DNA of 62,974 nt from a virus (taxonomy: Duplodnaviria > Caudoviricetes), in IMG/VR virus record IMGVR_UViG_3300017989_000118, positions 1-62,974 of that record; one strand, given 5' to 3'. A program made the translations under genes and the position numbers. The notes beneath the pieces were generated by a model. That model saw only the letters and a program-made list of their open reading frames with translations, did no database searches and had not been told where the DNA came from. Below are positions 58,227 through 62,974 of this stretch, one piece after another; the first letter of the stretch is position 1; every line of letters starts with the position of its first letter.

Positions 58227-61200
58227 ATGGCAGACATCAGCAAAAACTCGTTTGACCCCGCTAAGGACTACCGGAAAGTCATTTTCCAGCGCGACCGCCC
58301 GGTCCTCGACTTCGAGCTGAACGAGGGACAGGACATACAGCGCTACCAGCGTGATTGGCTTATTCGGCACTCCAGCGGGGACTTCTATCTGGGGGACGGG
58401 TTCCTAGTCCACCAGGTCGATGACCCGGAGCTCCAGGGGAACCGCGTCGTGGTCCGGCACGGCAGCGTCGTGCACATGGGCAAGCGAATCCTCCTGGAGG
58501 AGGATTTCACGATCGGCGAGGACGATTCGCCGCTGACGACCCCGAGCGAGGACCGCGAGGACATCGTCTACATCAAGTACTTCGCCGAGGAGATCACCTC
58601 GGAGGACGACCCGGACATCATCGACCCCGAGTTCGGCCAGGAAGCCGCGATCAGGGAGAAGATCAGGGTCGTCATCAAGGTCGAGGAGGGCGGCCAGATA
58701 CCGTGCCCGGCCCCCGGCGAGACGGTATTCGAGATAGCCAGACTGCACCGCCGGGCGGGCGTGACGGCCGTGACGTCCGACCAGATCGAGGACACCCGCG
58801 CGCAGGCATTGCACAACTTCGTCGTCCAGGGCCTGCATGTCGGCGAGAGCACTGAGGCGGGAGGGGCCTTCAGGTTCGTCATCGCGAACGGCAGGGCGAG
58901 GGTCGCCGACGAGGATGTGACCTTCGACTTCAGCGACGCCGACACGTCGGCCTTCGAGGTGTCCCCCAACACGACCACCGAGGTCTTCATCAGCCGCGAC
59001 GGCCAGATTGTCATGGAGGAGGTCGGCACCAACGAGTGCTGCACCACCGACATACACCTGCCGCTGGCCTGCATCGTGTCCAGCGACGTGGGCATCGAGA
59101 CGATCACCGACAAGAGGTTCTTCCTGTCGTCGTTCCTGATGTGGATATACCTCAAGCTCCTGGAGCTTGAGGACGACCTGATCGCGTTGCGGGAGGATCC
59201 GCCGGTCCAGGAGTGGGAGCAGGAGAACTCCAAGCGCAACTACCCGTTCGCGCAGGACGCCTCGCTCTACAACGGCGTGCTACAGCTCCCGACGGACTTC
59301 CTGATCGACATCGACCTGGCGAACACCCAGTGCAACGCCCGGTACTACATCTCCCGCGTCATCAACACGCCGAACCTACAGTGCGTCGAGGTCAGCCAGC
59401 GGAACGGGTCCAGGAACCCCGTGGCCCGCTTGTGCAACACGAACACCGTCTGGACGGCGCTCGAGTGGGAGATGCCGCCCAGGTACTTCCACTCGGCGGT
59501 GAACATCGCCGGGAAGGCGTACATCTTCGGCGGGCAGGACAACCTCGACCAGATCGTCGGCGGCGAGACCATCATCGAGTTCGACCTCGACGGCGCCGAG
59601 GGCGTGTGGACCAGGTCCACCCGCGGCGACACGTCCTCCGGCTCGGAGGAGTGGCCGACCGGCAGGTTCGACCATGCGGCGATCGCGATGTCCGACAACA
59701 GGATGCTGGTCTACGGCGGGCGGGCGAACGCCGACGACGCCGCGCCGCTGCCGCTGCCGGACATGTGGATCTACACGCCGGACTTCGAGGACCCCGACGA
59801 GGGCTACTGGAAGAGGCTCCCGCAGCTCGCGGCGACCATAGGCGGGTCCACCGTGGACCTGAAGGGCCGCTACGGGCACCGGATGGTCTCCCGGCAGGTC
59901 ACGCTGCCCACGGGCACATACGAGGAAATCTACATCTACGGCGGCTACGTGCTGTTCGAGAGCGGATCGACCATCAGCTACGAGCCGACCGACGACTTCA
60001 TCAGGGTCACCCTCGACATCACCCCGGTGAACGACGGCGGGACCGTGAGGCCGAGGGATGAGGTCGTCAGCGTGGAGCTGCTCGACGCGTCGGCCGCAGG
60101 CCGCCGGGCGTGGCACGGGCTGACGCTGACGGGCAGCCGCGTCTACGCCATGGGCGGCGAGAACGCCCTGGCCCAGACGTTGAACGACCTGTGGGAGTTC
60201 AACCCGGCGAACATGCAGTGGACGAGGCTGGAGCCGTCCGACGCCCTCCTGCCGCCCGTGAGGCTGGGGCACCAGATGTTCCAGACGACGGGGGCCGTCT
60301 ACGTGTGGGGTGGGTGGAACTCGTTCGGCTCGCTGTCCGACACCTGGAGGTTCGATCTCGACACCAGGAGGTGGGAGCAGAGGACGTCCTCGCCGCTGCG
60401 GCTACAGTACGCCGCCGCGGTGATGAGGGACGATTCCCGCCTGATTGTGTTCGCGGGCCAGTCCGGCCGCACCGAGAGCAGGCAGATATTCCTCTATGTC
60501 GTGGACGAGATTCCGGACTCGGACTTCATCACCCTGAACGACTCGTGCATCTGCGGCTCGGCGATCCTCGACATGACCAAGGTGCCGGAGGGCACGGACG
60601 AGGACTTCACCTTCCAGCAGGCGGCGCTGCTGCCGACGGTGGCCCACCCGAGGCTGCCGGAGGACTGCTTCCCGTGCGACGTCAGCCAGGAGGGCCAGGA
60701 GCTCTGCTGCGAGGACGGCAGGGTCTTCGCCATGGTCCGGGGGAGCTCGTCGCTCCACGGCCCGCTGGAGATTCCGCTCGAGAACCCGAACTGCCAGGTG
60801 CTGTGCGCCCTGGTGGCCCACGCGAACGGCAACGCCGACTGCGTCGGCTTCCCGTGCACCGGGTACGACTACGACTACCAGCCGCCCGGCGAGTACGAGT
60901 ACGAGTACCCCGGCCCCGGCCCGATATGCGGGTGCGTCTTCGTCCGCGTCGGCCGGAAGGACTGCGGCAAGTTCTATGTCGAGTACGACGTGTCCTACAA
61001 CGTCCCGCAGCCGATCGGCGAGGAGGCCGAGGTCCTGCTGGAGCTGAACTGGATGGTGACGGGTCAGCCGTGCGAGGTGCCCGTCGAGCAGCTCGCCCCG
61101 CGGGCGCTCATCGACATCAAGTCGGCCAGGGAGTTCACCTTCTGCGGCGACGGCGTGGACGACAGCGGCAGGCCGGTCCGGTACGTCTGGGAGATATACA

Positions 61201-61376
61201 ACGACGCCACGGGCGTCCTGCTCGACCGCTTCGAGCCCGCCGAGGACCAGCCGGAGGACTACTACCGCGTGCTGTCGTACAAGTTCGCCTTCGCGGGCAC
61301 CTTCCGGGTCAGGCTCATCGTGCAGTTCCGGGACGACGACATCGCCATCCGGGACACCATCGTGGACGTGGAGTAA
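58227..61376 (+). CDS. Putative receptor-binding/fibre protein: DUF6519-like N-terminus, six Kelch repeats, C-terminal PKD/Ig-like domain
   Basis: MADISKNSFDPAKDYRKVIFQRDRPVLDFELNEGQD; six R..H...(Y/L).(F/Y/W/M)GG-type blades at about 59450-60500; YVWE...YKFAFAGTFRVRLIV. Confidence 0.8.
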   Translation: MADISKNSFDPAKDYRKVIFQRDRPVLDFELNEGQDIQRYQRDWLIRHSSGDFYLGDGFLVHQVDDPELQGNRVVVRHGSVVHMGKRILLEEDFTIGEDDSPLTTPSEDREDIVYIKYFAEEITSEDDPDIIDPEFGQEAAIREKIRVVIKVEEGGQIPCPAPGETVFEIARLHRRAGVTAVTSDQIEDTRAQALHNFVVQGLHVGESTEAGGAFRFVIANGRARVADEDVTFDFSDADTSAFEVSPNTTTEVFISRDGQIVMEEVGTNECCTTDIHLPLACIVSSDVGIETITDKRFFLSSFLMWIYLKLLELEDDLIALREDPPVQEWEQENSKRNYPFAQDASLYNGVLQLPTDFLIDIDLANTQCNARYYISRVINTPNLQCVEVSQRNGSRNPVARLCNTNTVWTALEWEMPPRYFHSAVNIAGKAYIFGGQDNLDQIVGGETIIEFDLDGAEGVWTRSTRGDTSSGSEEWPTGRFDHAAIAMSDNRMLVYGGRANADDAAPLPLPDMWIYTPDFEDPDEGYWKRLPQLAATIGGSTVDLKGRYGHRMVSRQVTLPTGTYEEIYIYGGYVLFESGSTISYEPTDDFIRVTLDITPVNDGGTVRPRDEVVSVELLDASAAGRRAWHGLTLTGSRVYAMGGENALAQTLNDLWEFNPANMQWTRLEPSDALLPPVRLGHQMFQTTGAVYVWGGWNSFGSLSDTWRFDLDTRRWEQRTSSPLRLQYAAAVMRDDSRLIVFAGQSGRTESRQIFLYVVDEIPDSDFITLNDSCICGSAILDMTKVPEGTDEDFTFQQAALLPTVAHPRLPEDCFPCDVSQEGQELCCEDGRVFAMVRGSSSLHGPLEIPLENPNCQVLCALVAHANGNADCVGFPCTGYDYDYQPPGEYEYEYPGPGPICGCVFVRVGRKDCGKFYVEYDVSYNVPQPIGEEAEVLLELNWMVTGQPCEVPVEQLAPRALIDIKSAREFTFCGDGVDDSGRPVRYVWEIYNDATGVLLDRFEPAEDQPEDYYRVLSYKFAFAGTFRVRLIVQFRDDDIAIRDTIVDVE

Positions 61377-61385
61377 GGGGGAGAG

Positions 61386-61631
61386 ATGGGTAGCACAAGG
61401 AAAATCGCCGAGAGGCTCGCCGGGGTGACCGGGGGGCCGGGCGGGGAGGACTACTTCACCCCCGAGCAGCGGCGGAGGGTGGACGAGGAGGTCGTGAGGA
61501 TCAGGGACATGGTGGCCGCGGAGATAAACCGCGTCGCCCCGGAGGTCAGGGCCATGGACCCCGACGGGCTGGCGTACGTCGCCCAGGGAATCCTTGAGGA
61601 GCTCATCGACGAGCTCCAGCGGAGGGTGTGA
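61386..61631 (+). CDS. Small hypothetical protein with N-terminal RKIAERLA motif
   Basis: 81 aa; purine-rich SD. Confidence 0.65.
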   Translation: MGSTRKIAERLAGVTGGPGGEDYFTPEQRRRVDEEVVRIRDMVAAEINRVAPEVRAMDPDGLAYVAQGILEELIDELQRRV

Positions 61632-61633
61632 CC

Positions 61634-62251
61634 ATGCCGGGGTTCGGCGACGCGTTCTCGGGCCTTTCGCTCGACCGGAAGATGACGGCCGACGAGCTCG
61701 TGCGGGCTGTGCGGTTCGCGGTGGCCGCCGAGTACGAGGCGGTCCAGCAGTACACGCAGATAGCCGAGGCGTCCGACAATCCGCTAGTCACCAAGGTCAT
61801 GCTGGAGGTTGCGGACGAGGAGCGGGTCCACGCGGGCGAGTTCCTGCGGCTCCTGAGGGAGATCGCTCCGGAGGAGGCCGGCCTCTACGAGGAGGGCGGC
61901 TCCGAGGTCGAGGACGCCGCGGGAGGCGAGGCCAAGGCGAAGCCGCGCGGCGCGTCCGCGTGGCCGCAGGTGGGCGCGAAGGTCACGCCCAGGGAGCGGA
62001 CGGAGGCGTATTACTCCGGGTACGCCGGCGCCCCCGAGTGCTTCCTGGAGCCGGGGGAGGTGGCCATCGTGGTCTCGGTGGACAACCCGCCGGTCACGGG
62101 ACGCCGCGCCAACTTCCTCACCGCCGCGTTCGAGCGCGGGGGCAGGAGATGGACGGTGGCATTGCGGCGGGGGGAGTACGATGTGGTCAAGGACGCTGGC
62201 GAGCGGGCCGCGAGGCGGATAGCAAGGAGGCTCGTCGTTAAGCAAGCATAG
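61634..62251 (+). CDS. Ferritin-like (rubrerythrin/encapsulated-ferritin-type) domain fused to an SH3-like domain and a C-terminal RRIARRLVVKQA tail
   Basis: ELVRAVRFAVAAEYEAVQQY...VADEERVHAGEFLRLL with E..A..Y and ExxH di-iron ligands. Confidence 0.85.
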   Translation: MPGFGDAFSGLSLDRKMTADELVRAVRFAVAAEYEAVQQYTQIAEASDNPLVTKVMLEVADEERVHAGEFLRLLREIAPEEAGLYEEGGSEVEDAAGGEAKAKPRGASAWPQVGAKVTPRERTEAYYSGYAGAPECFLEPGEVAIVVSVDNPPVTGRRANFLTAAFERGGRRWTVALRRGEYDVVKDAGERAARRIARRLVVKQA

Positions 62252-62319
62252 GGTGCGACCCCCGGGCAGTCCGGGCAGTAGTGTCTACCAGGGCGCCGCA
62301 GGACGGCGCCCCGCGGAAA

Positions 62320-62353
62320 AGGGGCCGCCCCTCCGGGGCGGCCCCTCGTTTTT
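62320..62353 (+). terminator. Intrinsic terminator
   Basis: AGGGGCCGCCCC-TCC-GGGGCGGCCCCT followed by CGTTTTT. Confidence 0.75.
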
Positions 62354-62392
62354 GTAAGGCCTTTGCCCCGGCGAGGGTTCGGGAGGTGCGAC

Positions 62393-62495
62393 ATGGGGAA
62401 CGCGAGGCGGTTGGCCCGGCGGCTGCTGGCCGAGAGCGAGGGCGCGAGGCGCGAGAGAGAGATCCACGAGCTGGAGCAGCAGTGGGGGAGGCCGC
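62393..62495 (+). pseudogene. 5' fragment of a gene starting MGNARRLARRLLAES
   Basis: GGAGGT SD and upstream promoter-like motif; the frame stays open to 62710 but looks like non-coding read-through after about EQQWG. Confidence 0.45.
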
Positions 62496-62499
62496 CTGC

Positions 62500-62657
62500 G
62501 GCCCGCCCGCGAACGGGCCCCGCTCCCGAATCTGCATCTCGGCGAGGTCCGGCCCGAGGATGCCGCATATCCCGACGATGTCCCGCCCCTCCAAGCCCCT
62601 CGTCCGCCGCCTCTCCCACGCCCTCATCTGCCTGTGCGTCGGCTCCCCGCGCCCCAT
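62500..62657 (-). pseudogene. 5' fragment of a minus-strand gene, weakly HTH-like (MGRGEPTHRQMRAWERRRTRGLEGRDIVGICGIL...)
   Basis: GGGAGGG SD on the minus strand; collides with the + strand fragment. Confidence 0.3.
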
Positions 62658-62736
62658 GGCTGGCCCTCCCCCGTCCGGGGGCCGCCCCGCAGGGGCGGCC
62701 TGTGTCCTAATCCGTCGGAACAAAAAACGGTCGGGG

Positions 62737-62852
62737 CTATCGCCCCCCAATCTCCGTGGGCCAGGTGTGCCCGTTCGCGCAGCACGCCAAGGGCCTGTTG
62801 TCCGGCCCCTCCGGCTCCCCCTCGCGCTCGAGCAGCGTCCTCTGGTCGTCCC
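62737..62852 (-). pseudogene. 3' fragment of a minus-strand gene (...DDQRTLLEREGEPEGPDNRPLACCANGHTWPTEIGGR*)
   Basis: Protein-like reading with a CxxGHxW knuckle, ending at TAG 62737-62739; upstream part replaced by the tnpB remnant. Confidence 0.4.
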
Positions 62853-62974
62853 AGCGCCTGCGGGGCGGTGCGCGCCGAGCTTCCGCTCGGCGAGCGCGCG
62901 TACCGCTGCCCGGAGTGCGGCCTTGGGCTGGATCGGGACCTGAACGCGGCGAGGAACCTGCTGGGTCTTTTGGA
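62853..62974 (+). mobile_element. tnpB: tnpB C-terminal remnant (Zn ribbon and RuvC-III), running off the window end
   Basis: Frame reads SACGAVRAELPLGERAYRCPECGLGLDRDLNAARNLLGLL; the first Zn-ribbon Cys and all upstream tnpB sequence are absent. Confidence 0.88.

Noticed and set aside
1299-61376. Headless extracellular contractile injection system or tailocin
   Set aside because: Head-tail connector-like genes, a long tape measure and phage-style small genes are present, and no Afp15-like AAA+ ATPase was seen. Not fully excluded because head genes are not in the window.
1-62974. Window as a complete circular element (end joining start within tnpB)
   Set aside because: No terminal overlap is visible, and no replication, capsid, portal or terminase genes are present; repeat-induced contig breaks explain the ends more simply.
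1-62974. tRNA or rRNA genes, inteins, introns
   Set aside because: No cloverleaf/T-loop signature was noticed in the short intergenic gaps, and no intein or homing-endonuclease motifs were recognised; dedicated scans were not run.

Overview
GC-rich segment, almost entirely coded on the + strand, that reads as the neck, tail and baseplate morphogenesis region of a large (jumbo-type) contractile-tailed bacteriophage. Gene order: neck/head-tail connectors, tail terminator-like, 1016-aa tail sheath, tail tube, two chaperone-like genes, 1541-aa tape measure, two tube-initiator-like genes, hub, 1000-aa spike ending in HxH, expanded gp25-like and baseplate-J proteins, a 2276-aa Cys-rich wedge protein, a collar protein, and two DUF6519/DUF4815-like fibre/adhesin proteins (one with a six-bladed Kelch propeller). 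No capsid, portal, terminase or lysis genes are recognisable. Non-structural genes sit inside this operon: a dual-specificity phosphatase, four GT2 glycosyltransferase genes (one GT2-GT2-TPR), an actin-like ATPase with a partner gene, a tandem degenerate methyltransferase/Zn-finger protein, a lone antisense lipoprotein and an encapsulin-cargo-like ferritin fusion. Patterns read directly from the sequence: (i) a shared terminal basic helix motif, (I/V/L)A(R/S/E/A)(R/D)L often followed by KxA, on several unrelated proteins including the ferritin (candidate capsid-loading/processing signal); (ii) a recurrent AT-rich motif (about TTGTRATGTYTT) upstream of about 12 starts (candidate late promoter); (iii) one small beta-sandwich module reused across neck, sheath and baseplate proteins with a common insertion loop; (iv) TnpB-derived sequence at both ends (omegaRNA scaffold at the start, Zn-ribbon/RuvC-III remnant at the end). 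All functional calls come from motif recognition by eye and gene order; no database searches were run.
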